From Candidatus Delongbacteria bacterium (GTDB lineage: Bacteria; CAIWAD01): a DNA stretch of 64,000 nt. Below the pieces are notes generated by a model. That model did not search any database. It worked only from the letters and a program-made list of their open reading frames with translations, and was not told the origin of the DNA. Both the position numbers and the translations under genes were made by a program. This document shows positions 10,601-18,350 of the stretch, in pieces. Where the stretch lies: NCBI GenBank assembly GCA_020634015.1, contig JACKCN010000001.1, forward strand, positions 928,785-992,784. Direction: 5' to 3'. Numbering within the stretch: position 1 is the stretch's first letter; the number at the start of each line of letters is the position of its first letter.

Positions 10601-11594
10601 TGTTCAGCGAGGCGCTGTATTCGTTCTTCTGGCGTTCGGGCAGGTCGATGCCCAGGTTCACGTAATCGCTGCTGCCGCGGTCGATGTCGTAGGGCAGGTA
10701 GGTATCGGTCAGATACACGCGCCCGGCGAAGAAGAAGGTGGTGCGGCGATTCTTGGGAATGTTGTTCTGGAAGGGCAGCGGGCCACCGATGGACAGGTTG
10801 TAGCCGTCGGTGTTGAAGGAGTAGGCGTCGAACGCGCGGTCGGTGCTCCACTCGAAGCGGCCGTGGTAGCCGTCGGTGTCACCTTCCTTGGATGTCACTT
10901 TCACCACGGCGGCCTGGGCCTGACCGTATTCGGGGCCGAAACCACCGGAGAGCACGTCGATCTGCTCGATGTTGGCCACGTCCACGTTGACGTAATTCTG
11001 CCCGCCCACCAGCGGGTCACGCGAGTCGATGCCGTTGATCACGTACTTCACTTCTTCGGTACGGGACCCGCGCACGTGAATCGCGCCCTCGTCGTCGATC
11101 TTGAAACCGGCCGTGCCACGCAGCACGTCGGTCACGTCGGTGGCCGCCTGCCGGCTGATTTCCTCGCCGGTCTTGGTGGTCTTGCCGCTGGCTTCACCCA
11201 GGTCGATCTTCTTCTTGTCCGCCACGATGATCACCGTCTCGAGTTCCACGGCGGAACTGGTGAGCTTGATCGTGCCCACGTCGTAGGTCTGGTCGGAGGC
11301 GACCGGAACCTGCTCGATGGTGACCGGATGGTAATTCAGGCTGGTGATGGTCACGGTGTAGATGCCTGCATCCACCTGGGGAATCAGGAATTCCCCTTCG
11401 AAGTCGGTGTAGGCGCCGTAACTGGTACCCTCGAGCTTGACGATGGCCTCGGCCGGTTCGCCGCTCTTGGTGTCGATCACCTTGCCCTTGATCTTGCCCC
11501 GACCGGCCCAGGCTGCGGGACTGAGCAGCAGCAAAGCAAGCAACAGGGTGAAAAAAGGGTTGGAGAACGCACGGAGACGCGTGACGCTCCTCAT
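7623..11594 (-). CDS. TonB-dependent receptor (CarboxypepD_reg N-domain + plug + barrel) with a large Ca-loop insert
   Basis: The ORF track starts at 11951, but ATG at 11594 has a GGAGGG SD and gives the signal peptide MRSVTRLRAFSNPFFTLLLALLLLSPAAWA. It shows a GKIKGKVIDTKSGEP...TDFEGEFLI carboxypeptidase-regulatory fold and a plug (DVLRGTAGFKIDDEGAIHVRGSRTEEVKYVINGID). The C-terminus is NILLRFGYKF. Confidence 0.9.
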   Translation of the reverse strand: MRSVTRLRAFSNPFFTLLLALLLLSPAAWAGRGKIKGKVIDTKSGEPAEAIVKLEGTSYGAYTDFEGEFLIPQVDAGIYTVTITSLNYHPVTIEQVPVASDQTYDVGTIKLTSSAVELETVIIVADKKKIDLGEASGKTTKTGEEISRQAATDVTDVLRGTAGFKIDDEGAIHVRGSRTEEVKYVINGIDSRDPLVGGQNYVNVDVANIEQIDVLSGGFGPEYGQAQAAVVKVTSKEGDTDGYHGRFEWSTDRAFDAYSFNTDGYNLSIGGPLPFQNNIPKNRRTTFFFAGRVYLTDTYLPYDIDRGSSDYVNLGIDLPERQKNEYSASLNISIPVTDTHRLKIYGERFYRRWDLYPEGEGPVSGNYGYPYLYNERDRPRAENNRSNISLTYTAPIPSKNATFEVRAYRSNTKTLISPGGRTPDQFVLELPAQEQANEDDKSAFLGNGYQDNDDNGYFDGYVDANNNGQYDGYVYDSHGNPIYSEGYEDLNRNGRWDRGEDWVDLNGNGQYDTAEPWTNIPNPVNGEDNPWFDPWDIYDDLNHNGRWDDAEPQTTEQDTNHNGIWDGERFQDVNGDGIWNGWSEDFVDANGNGVWDPGEDYTDENGNGRFDMAEGYDDINADGRMNFRDVRETNEDLGEPYLDGDFFWDTGEPFIDEADPITGVYNGIWDAGEVWFDLPSTYGAYATWIAGGRRNQQPQPTLNGIYDGPNNTFDEFELFTRFADFVVDPFQQYHGESDVRTVGHTPGELITNEHFRETVIDVSMPVVYSYNGEDNGSDWYNDGVSIYSANKTGATWQNRGDDPLSIGATFDPPNLDWDEWEPFVDYNSNGVQDGNNWGGGPDSPWGYQYNFEAYYDFFLNPNNFDGQAIWQERSSTTLSLETEYQWQINKYHDVLGGAQIMARDLQMNSIESPNKLYDGSSPLPIGSPYPERGNFRDFYDRQPTEGALFFRDQMNFEGMNVLVGMRWDFLLHEKSVVNESDEAANAGDPGAVHAQRGTSRLSPRLGISHPITESAKLYFNYGHFYQAPQYTYYYQSTTGSRANNTLVGNPNLKYEKTVEYQFGVEARWAEIGTTVNLQGYYRDIFDQITSTVIELAPGYTIDQWTNGDYGRVRGANISVEKAERNYSVSFNYELSFAYGKASSSRAASEDRLNGNPVNRDERPLDWDQTHSLNAYYSLYFGQGENASLFGFRLPDDWLFSMSSSFATGRPYTPSIYLEDVEHVALIARNSRRMPFTEETRIKFEKYWRFKTSSHNLVTGIEVTNLFNHRNVRNYYAETGNYYQAMHAKNPDFVLYYPGKYEYDNNPRNIGPGRNILLRFGYKF

Positions 11595-12214
11595 GGTACC
11601 CTCCGCTGAACAGGATGTGAGATGGCCAACGTGAACCTGCATGGGTGGCGAGATCCTGACTTGTTCTCCGGGAGTGCACGCCCCACGACCGTGGATCACC
11701 TGGGTGGCGATGCCATGGAAAGCAGGATGGAACGGATGGTGCCCTACGGGGATCGACAAACGAATCGGATACCGACAGGTTCGCAGCAACGGCGCCAACC
11801 TAGGATATTGCCCAAGCCAAATCAAGAAAACCGGGTTTGGCAAGGAACGGGGTCCCCGATAGTCACGACTGTCCCGTCCTGATCCGACACTCCACCCGAC
11901 CTTCAGCAGAAATCGGACCAGAATCTCCAAGTCCGGTTCTGCAGCTTCCAAAAGGAGCAGATGCCTCCGGGGGGGATGTTCTCGGGCAAGAATGGATTAA
12001 CAGAGTGTAAACCGTGTACGGGATCCCGGGATGAGCAACAGACGGATTTCCGTCGAATTGGCGCTATCAAGTATGCTTTCGAGCTTGAGCCGACAGACAC
12101 AGCTTTGGAAAATGGAATTCGGCCCGTCGGCAAGGTGTTCGAGGAGGGATCTGAACCAGTGCAACGCCAGGCCGCGATCGGGCTGGCTGATGCCGTGAGG
12201 TTTTTCGGACCCGA

Positions 12215-13279
12215 TCAGGTCAGGTCGTTTCCGTGCTTCAGGTCCAGGTCCTGCTGGAGCCGTTCACGTTGCCACTGGAAGAGTGAGCGGATGATCTGGT
12301 CACGTTCTTCGGGTGAGATGCCAGCGAACATCAGGTGCGCCTTGCACTTCTCCCCGGGCAGGTTCTGGCTTTCGATCACCCGGGCCACCACAGGATTCAG
12401 CACCCTGTCCGCCAGATAAAGCGGGAATCGCAGATGGACTCCCCGAGGCAATTCACGCGCACAGACCAGAGCGGCTCCGCCCCCCGAGAGGTTCAGGATG
12501 TGTCCATCATGGTGTCCCGGATGGGCCGGATCGGGATCGCCATCGCGCGTGATCACATGAAAGCGGATCGACATGTCCAGATCCACACGCCAGAACTCGC
12601 GGTACTGTCGGACCTGGAATTCACGGGCCTGCGCATGGCTCACGGTGATCTGACGCTGGTCGCTGCTGACGGAAATCACCGACACCGGCGCGATGTACAT
12701 CGCCTCGGGATGGGGCACGTGCAGCAACAGGCGATCGCCGGGCCGATAGGAATAGCTTGAATCCTTGCGGGTCAGCCGGAAGGTCAGCTGCCCATCGTCC
12801 AGCTCCACCAGCACCGAAGGCTGCAGCACATTGGCGCCGCGCGCCAGGCAGATGTTGACGAACAGATTGGGCTGGAAGTCGCGCGTGCTGCGCAGCGGCG
12901 GTACTACATATACATCGCTGTAAAGCACCCGGCGGATGTGGGACAGTTGCTCGATCAGTGCGGCGGACGGCTGGGCGATCTCGGGCATGCCGTCGACCCA
13001 GCGATTGAAGATCCGCGGATCCTGAAGCAGGGCTTCGGGATTCCCCGGGCTGATCTCGTGGATCGCCCGCACCACCATCTTGCGTTCGGCCATGCTCAGC
13101 TCGGTATGGGCCAGCTGATCCATGAAGGTGCTGTTGCGGCGCTGGAGGGCCAGGCGGTCCTTGGCCATCTTGATGAAGGCCGGCGACAGCAGCAGCAGGA
13201 GGATCACGGTCACCATCATGATGGCCGATCCTTCCATGGAATCGCGGAAATGCCAGGAAATCTGCTGAAGAAAGGTCAA
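12215..13279 (-). CDS. PilZ-domain (YcgR-like) c-di-GMP receptor with N-terminal TM segment
   Basis: 354 aa. RxxxR (RQYREFWRV) and (D/N)xSxxG (LNLSGGGA) PilZ motifs lie about 30 aa apart. TM segment AIMMVTVILLLLLSPAFI. The start is TTG with AGGAG 5 nt upstream. Confidence 0.8.
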   Translation of the reverse strand: MTFLQQISWHFRDSMEGSAIMMVTVILLLLLSPAFIKMAKDRLALQRRNSTFMDQLAHTELSMAERKMVVRAIHEISPGNPEALLQDPRIFNRWVDGMPEIAQPSAALIEQLSHIRRVLYSDVYVVPPLRSTRDFQPNLFVNICLARGANVLQPSVLVELDDGQLTFRLTRKDSSYSYRPGDRLLLHVPHPEAMYIAPVSVISVSSDQRQITVSHAQAREFQVRQYREFWRVDLDMSIRFHVITRDGDPDPAHPGHHDGHILNLSGGGAALVCARELPRGVHLRFPLYLADRVLNPVVARVIESQNLPGEKCKAHLMFAGISPEERDQIIRSLFQWQRERLQQDLDLKHGNDLT

Positions 13280-13327
13280 CGCGGCTCCTGCTCTGGCACC
13301 ATCACTTCCCGGTCCGCCGGGACGGGT

Positions 13328-14155
13328 TCATTCCCTTCCTACATCGTCATCATGGTCCCGATCCTTGATTCTCCACTGGTACTGGCGGAATTCAATGCGC
13401 AGCTCCTGCTCCGAGCCCCAGACCGATGAATTGAAGAGCAGGCGGGCGGGCATCAGGAAACGGCTGACCAGGCTGTATTCCAGCCGGAAGTGGTAATGCA
13501 CCAGACCGGATTCGAGCCAGATGTCGGCCTGGCCCAGCAGGTTTTCACCGTGGGTCACCAAAGGCGCCAGATCGGCCTGAAACAGCTGGATACCCTCCTG
13601 CCAGCCCTGGATGCCCCGGGGAAAGCCGCTGGAATCCCAGTGCTGCTCCACGAACCCGTCAGGCGCGACGGGATAGCGTGCGCACCATCCACCATCTTCG
13701 GCGCTCCAGTTGGTGCTGTCGGGCACCGTCTCACAGGGAACGCGGAACATGGCGCTGTTCCAGACATCCAGAAAACCACTGAGGAATGAGGCCAGCTCTT
13801 CCAGACGTTCGCGGTAGCGCAGGGTGTCGGTGGGGCCCTGCGACAGTTCCACCTCGAGGTGGAATCCCTGCCCGGTTTCCCAGTTCAGGGTATATCGCTC
13901 GTCGATCTGGCCATACCAGGGTCTGAAACTGAATGGTCCGGGAGCCTCCGGCCCATCATCGGGAGCTGCGAACCGCAGCTCGCAGGACCAGGCATCCAGC
14001 AGGCACGCGGGCGAGGACGGGGGCAGATGATCGAGCACCGAAGGACAGGGCGCGGCGCACGATGCCCCGGTCAGGATGGTACACAGCACGATCAGTTCCC
14101 CGGCGAACCTGAAGAACCTCTGCGCCATCCTGTCCGCGAGCCGGACCCGTGTCAC
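13328..14155 (-). CDS. hypothetical exported protein
   Basis: 275 aa. GTG start overlaps the upstream stop (GTGA); an alternative ATG is at 14128 (MAQRFFRFAGELIVLCTILTGASC). No recognisable family motif. Confidence 0.55.
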   Translation of the reverse strand: MTRVRLADRMAQRFFRFAGELIVLCTILTGASCAAPCPSVLDHLPPSSPACLLDAWSCELRFAAPDDGPEAPGPFSFRPWYGQIDERYTLNWETGQGFHLEVELSQGPTDTLRYRERLEELASFLSGFLDVWNSAMFRVPCETVPDSTNWSAEDGGWCARYPVAPDGFVEQHWDSSGFPRGIQGWQEGIQLFQADLAPLVTHGENLLGQADIWLESGLVHYHFRLEYSLVSRFLMPARLLFNSSVWGSEQELRIEFRQYQWRIKDRDHDDDVGRE

Positions 14156-15030
14156 GGCTGACTGGGTTCGATGGTCGTGGTCACATCGATCCGGCTGCCC
14201 GAGGTGGCCACGAAGGCCAGAGAATCGGTCGTATGCGACACGGTCAGGCTGGTGCTGAGCGAGGTCTGTACGACATAGTTCTCGGACATCAGATAGAGCA
14301 TGCTGCCCGATCCGGTGCCCTCGACCGTCGTATTGAGCGAGGTCACCATCTCGTCATCCTGCAGCTCGGCCCAGCGCTTCACGGAGAACCAGGCGCTGTC
14401 GCCCTGGATCCTGTCCAGCGTGTACACCGAGATTTCCTTGAGGCTCATGTTCAGCGGCCCCATCGGATGCAGCTGGACTCCACTGACCGTATCGCTCTGC
14501 CCCACACTGAACTGGCGCACCGTGTCCAGCAAGGCACCCTGGATGGCCTGATAGGCCGAGACAAGAAAATCCCCCACATCCTGCAGCGAGAGCAGCGTGT
14601 CCTGACACTCCCCCTGAAGATCCAGCAGCGAAATCTGCTTGCTGCTGGAATCGAAACGGGCATTGCCGTATACACCGGCCAGATTGAAGTGCATCTCCAG
14701 CGAGTCGTCGGTGCCATCGTAATCCATGGTCTCAAGCCTCAGGGGAATCGCCCCCTCGAAGAGAGGCCCGGTGGTCAGCAACTGGCGCGAGCGCGCCGTG
14801 GCCGAATGTTTTTCCGAGATCAGGCCTTCCATTCCGGGCATGCGCTCGATCTCGATGCCCGAACTGGACTCGGTGAGCGCATTCACCGTATACAGGCGGT
14901 TGGGCAGCAGGGTCTTCTCGAAACGGATCGACGCCAGTTCGGGACCGCCCGAGCAGGCGGCCACCAGCAGGGTCAGCATCAGGAACAGGCGGGGGCGGGT
15001 CAGGTGCTTCACGGAAATCCTCAGTGTCAT
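14152..15030 (-). CDS. hypothetical lipoprotein
   Basis: 292 aa. Canonical lipobox LLVAAC after the signal peptide. ATGA overlap with the upstream Wzz-like gene. Confidence 0.6.
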   Translation of the reverse strand: MTLRISVKHLTRPRLFLMLTLLVAACSGGPELASIRFEKTLLPNRLYTVNALTESSSGIEIERMPGMEGLISEKHSATARSRQLLTTGPLFEGAIPLRLETMDYDGTDDSLEMHFNLAGVYGNARFDSSSKQISLLDLQGECQDTLLSLQDVGDFLVSAYQAIQGALLDTVRQFSVGQSDTVSGVQLHPMGPLNMSLKEISVYTLDRIQGDSAWFSVKRWAELQDDEMVTSLNTTVEGTGSGSMLYLMSENYVVQTSLSTSLTVSHTTDSLAFVATSGSRIDVTTTIEPSQP

Positions 15031-16199
15031 TTGAATGTGAGCAGGTCGCGCAGGTGTTGCCCCAGCTCCTTGAGCTGTCCGTGCAGCGATTCATCGTCTT
15101 CGATCTTCTTCTGCACCAGCACCAGCAGACTGGCCAGCACCAGCGCGGCAAGCCCGGCCAGGGCCACCATCAGCGTGCGCTTGGGGCGGATGCGTTTCTC
15201 CGGCAGCCGCGGCGGATCCAGCACTTCCAGCACATCGGTGTCACGCACTTCCTGGATCTTGGCCTGCTCGAGCTGCGGCAGCATGAACAGCAGTTTCTGG
15301 TTGCCGATTTCCAGCTCGCGCTTCAGCCGCAGGTACTCGAGTGTGGCACGGGGCAGATCCTGGATAGCGATGAAGAGGTCATCGTCGCCCTTGGTATACG
15401 CCTTGTCCAGGCGTGTCTGCAGGATCTGGACTTCCTGTTCCAGCTCCTTGACCACCGGATGGCCCGAGCTGTAGTTGTGGCGGGCAAGGCTCAGTTCCAG
15501 GCCCTTGAGCTCCAGACGGGATTTCAGTTCTCCATACCCTTTGAGCAGCTCCTCGGCCTGGCGTTCGGGCTCCAGCAGACGTTCCTGCTTCTGGAAGGCC
15601 AGCATCAGATTCTCGAGGCTGTCCAGACCCGCGTAGATCTTGTCCACCTCGCCCTGCACGAAACGCCGGTTCTCGGCGGCCTTGCGTGAGGAGTATTGCC
15701 GGTTGAGCGCTTCCAGTTCGGCCACCATGTACTCGGCCATCTCCAGGGCCTGCTGGGCGTTCTTGTCCTTCACCAGCAGGGTGATCATGCCCGAGTTGAC
15801 ATCGAATTCCGCGGAGAGATTCTCGGACATCATTTCGTAGACGTCCTCGATCTTGGTGTCCTCGTCCAGTTCGTAATGAGTGCGCAACTCGAACTTGTCC
15901 AGCACCTTCTGATACATCACGCGGCTGTTGAGAATGGCCAGGTAATACTCGCCGCTGCCCGACTCTCCGGTGAACGCGCTCAGCATGCCGGCCATGGGGA
16001 TGTCGCCCAGCAGGCCCGCCAGACCCGAGGCACCGCCCGTGGGTGGCACGATCAGTGCGCGGGCTTCCCAGGTCTTGTCCATCACCAGACTGTAGATCGC
16101 GGTCAGGGTGACACTCACCAGGACCATGCCCAGCACGAGTCTCTTGCGGCGGAAAAGCAGCAGCAGAAACTGCAGGAACAGGTTGCCTTCGTTGGCCAT
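15027..16199 (-). CDS. Wzz/GumC-type polysaccharide chain-length determinant (no kinase domain)
   Basis: Start re-set to ATG 16199 (MANEGNLFLQFLLLLFRRKRLVLGMVLVSV...). The layout is TM, a long coiled-coil periplasmic region, then a C-terminal TM (TLMVALAGLAALVLASLLVLV). The N-terminal Wzz pattern is ...IYSLVMDKTWEARALIVPP. Confidence 0.7.
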   Translation of the reverse strand: MANEGNLFLQFLLLLFRRKRLVLGMVLVSVTLTAIYSLVMDKTWEARALIVPPTGGASGLAGLLGDIPMAGMLSAFTGESGSGEYYLAILNSRVMYQKVLDKFELRTHYELDEDTKIEDVYEMMSENLSAEFDVNSGMITLLVKDKNAQQALEMAEYMVAELEALNRQYSSRKAAENRRFVQGEVDKIYAGLDSLENLMLAFQKQERLLEPERQAEELLKGYGELKSRLELKGLELSLARHNYSSGHPVVKELEQEVQILQTRLDKAYTKGDDDLFIAIQDLPRATLEYLRLKRELEIGNQKLLFMLPQLEQAKIQEVRDTDVLEVLDPPRLPEKRIRPKRTLMVALAGLAALVLASLLVLVQKKIEDDESLHGQLKELGQHLRDLLTFK

Positions 16200-16480
16200 T
16201 GCGATATCCCGAATTGAGGGCGACAGACAGGTCTTCGTGCGCGGCCGGTGCGGGGTTGCCAAGGCACCCGGCGGAGGTGCTCCTCCCGGTCCGATGGCGG
16301 TCGTTCCCGGGTCCGCAGCCCGCGGAGCAGCCGGCACGAAGGTCAGGGGTTCCACCAGACGTCAAGGCAGGAAACGGAGGCAGGAAGGCGAGACCGAGAA
16401 TGCGCCCGCTGCCGGAAAGGCCCCAAAGTAAGAAGAAGCCAGCAACTGACACAGGTTGCCCGGAATGGCAGAATGGAGGT

Positions 16481-18145
16481 TCAGGAATTGAGCTGGAGTG
16501 GCTCCGGGCTTTCCTGCCAGCGTTTGAGCCGCGAGTAGAGAGTCGGCAGGGAAATGCCCAGTTCGCGGGCCGCCTGGCGCTTGTCCCCGGGGTGGCGCCG
16601 CAGGGCGTCAGCCACGGCCTGTCGTTCGGCGCGCTCGGTGATGGCCCGCAGTTCGGGCTGCTCCGCCACCATGGTGGGCCGGTCGGTGCCAATGGGTCGG
16701 CACAGCCGTTCGAGGGCCTGCCTGCGTTCCTGGCGTGACATCCGCACGAGCTGGCGCAAGCGAAACCGCAGTTCGCGGATGTTGCCCGGCCAGCTCCAGG
16801 CGGCCAGCAATGACTGGGACTCGGCGGAACAGAGGTCCTGGGCCCCGTCTCCATCGGGCAGCTCCAGCAGGAATGCCTGGCACAACAATGGAAGATCCTC
16901 GAGACGCTCGCGCAGCGCAGGCAGGCGCAATGGCTCACCCCCCATCCGGAACAGCAGATCCTGGCGGAAACCGTTGTCCAGCAAGCGGCTTTCTTCATTG
17001 GTGGCGGCCACCAGGCGAAAGTGGGCCTGGCGAGGTCGCGAATCCCCCACCCGATAGTACTCGCCACTCTCCAGCAGGCGCAGCAGCTTGGCCTGGAGGC
17101 CGGGAGGCATCGCTCCGAACTCATCCAGGAACAGTGTGCCGCCTTCGGCGCGCTCCACCAGCCCCCGCCGCTCGCGCGCTCCGGTGAAGGCACCCGCAGT
17201 GCAGCCGAACAATTCACTTTCGGCAAGGCTGAGCGGCAGACCCGCGCAATTCAGGCAGACCATGGCCGCACCCGAGCGGGGCGAGTGCTCATGCAGGTAA
17301 CGGGCAGCCAGCTCCTTGCCGGTGCCACTCTCCCCGCTGAGCAGTACCGGATCGCCATGATGGGCGGCCCGGGACAGGCGCGCCAGCATGGATTGGAAAG
17401 CCGGCGAGCGCCCCAGCATGGCACCGTGGCGATAGCTTTCCACCAGCAGGCGACGGGCCAGCCGTCCGTGTTCCAGTCTGGGTGCACCCTCTTCCGCCAG
17501 GGTCTGCAGCAAGGTGCCCAGCGGAGCTTCGGCGGACTGGCAGGCGCTGGCTTCGGCCACAACGCGGGCCAGCTCGGGCGCCTTGCCCATCAGCAGCAGC
17601 GGGATCGCCCTCAGGATCAGCAGCAAGACACGGGCGTCGCCCCGCTGCCCCGCCACCTGCTGCTCCAGACGGTGTGCCAGCGTCTCGGCACTGCGGAAAC
17701 GCCCGGCTGCCAGAAGCTCCGGTATTTCCAGAGCACGGGACAGACGCTCGCGCCAGACCCCGGGCTGGTTTCCGGAAGACCCGAGCAATCCCGGCAGTTC
17801 ATGGGCAGGGTCGCTCAGCAGGGAGCGCAGCCTTGCGGCCCATTGCCGATCCGCGACGGCCCCCTCTTCCAACAGTGTCAGCAGGCGGTCCAGATCGTCC
17901 AGGCGCAGCCGCTCGAGGCAACCCAGAGCGCGCTCGCGCAATGCGGCCTGCAGGCTCTCCTCCGGAAAGGAGCCCAGCAGTGGATCACCGTGCGGAACAC
18001 CTTCCGCACTGGCTTCGACCTCCCGCATGCATTCCGCGGCCAAGGGCAACCAATGTCGGCCGGGGCGCGCCCGCTCGATCCACTCCTGCTCCGCGATCAC
18101 CGTGCCTCCCTGCCCTGTCCCGTGCGCCCTGCGGCCATTTCGCAT
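16481..18145 (-). CDS. sigma-54-dependent transcriptional activator (unknown helical N-domain + AAA+ + Fis-type HTH)
   Basis: Walker A LLSGESGTGKE, GAFTGA motif (GCTAGAFTGARE), LFLDEFG, and C-terminal HTH QAARELGISLPTLYSRLKRW. There is no receiver domain. The start is uncertain: ATG at 18145, with the ORF open up to 18256. Confidence 0.85.
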   Translation of the reverse strand: MRNGRRAHGTGQGGTVIAEQEWIERARPGRHWLPLAAECMREVEASAEGVPHGDPLLGSFPEESLQAALRERALGCLERLRLDDLDRLLTLLEEGAVADRQWAARLRSLLSDPAHELPGLLGSSGNQPGVWRERLSRALEIPELLAAGRFRSAETLAHRLEQQVAGQRGDARVLLLILRAIPLLLMGKAPELARVVAEASACQSAEAPLGTLLQTLAEEGAPRLEHGRLARRLLVESYRHGAMLGRSPAFQSMLARLSRAAHHGDPVLLSGESGTGKELAARYLHEHSPRSGAAMVCLNCAGLPLSLAESELFGCTAGAFTGARERRGLVERAEGGTLFLDEFGAMPPGLQAKLLRLLESGEYYRVGDSRPRQAHFRLVAATNEESRLLDNGFRQDLLFRMGGEPLRLPALRERLEDLPLLCQAFLLELPDGDGAQDLCSAESQSLLAAWSWPGNIRELRFRLRQLVRMSRQERRQALERLCRPIGTDRPTMVAEQPELRAITERAERQAVADALRRHPGDKRQAARELGISLPTLYSRLKRWQESPEPLQLNS

Positions 18146-18350
18146 CGTCGCCCAATCTGCCACCGGGCAACTGGCACAAACAGAGGGCCGAGCACAAGGC
18201 ACGAAGAATCTGGCCTCGCGTGTGTGCGACTCTGGACATCCGGGCAAATCCGGCACGGTTCCACCCGTGGTTCCCCTCGTGACGGTTCCCTAAGTTGGCC
18301 CGCGTTGCGAACGGCCCCGATCCGATCCCAGCGCCAGGCAGGAATCCAGC

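Noticed and set aside
8526-11609. 1027-aa plus-strand ORF, one of the longest in the track
   Set aside because: It lies fully antisense to the TonB-dependent receptor, which has unambiguous family motifs. The translation is A/G/V/H/D-rich low complexity with no SD or signal. This is a typical GC-driven shadow ORF.
11595-11951. 119-codon N-terminal extension of the TonB-receptor ORF. Analogous extensions occur on the ORFs starting at 16355, 30288, 31933, 32562, 40899, 42201, 45361, 58405 and 59537.
   Set aside because: Internal ATG/GTG codons with good Shine-Dalgarno sequences yield proper signal peptides or family N-termini. The extensions overlap upstream genes or read as P/R-rich non-protein sequence.
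11595-12214. Cobalamin or other riboswitch upstream of the TonB-dependent receptor
   Set aside because: I read the minus-strand leader by eye and found no B12 box (GCCACTG core). It contains only GCCACCC twice, and I recognised no other riboswitch core.
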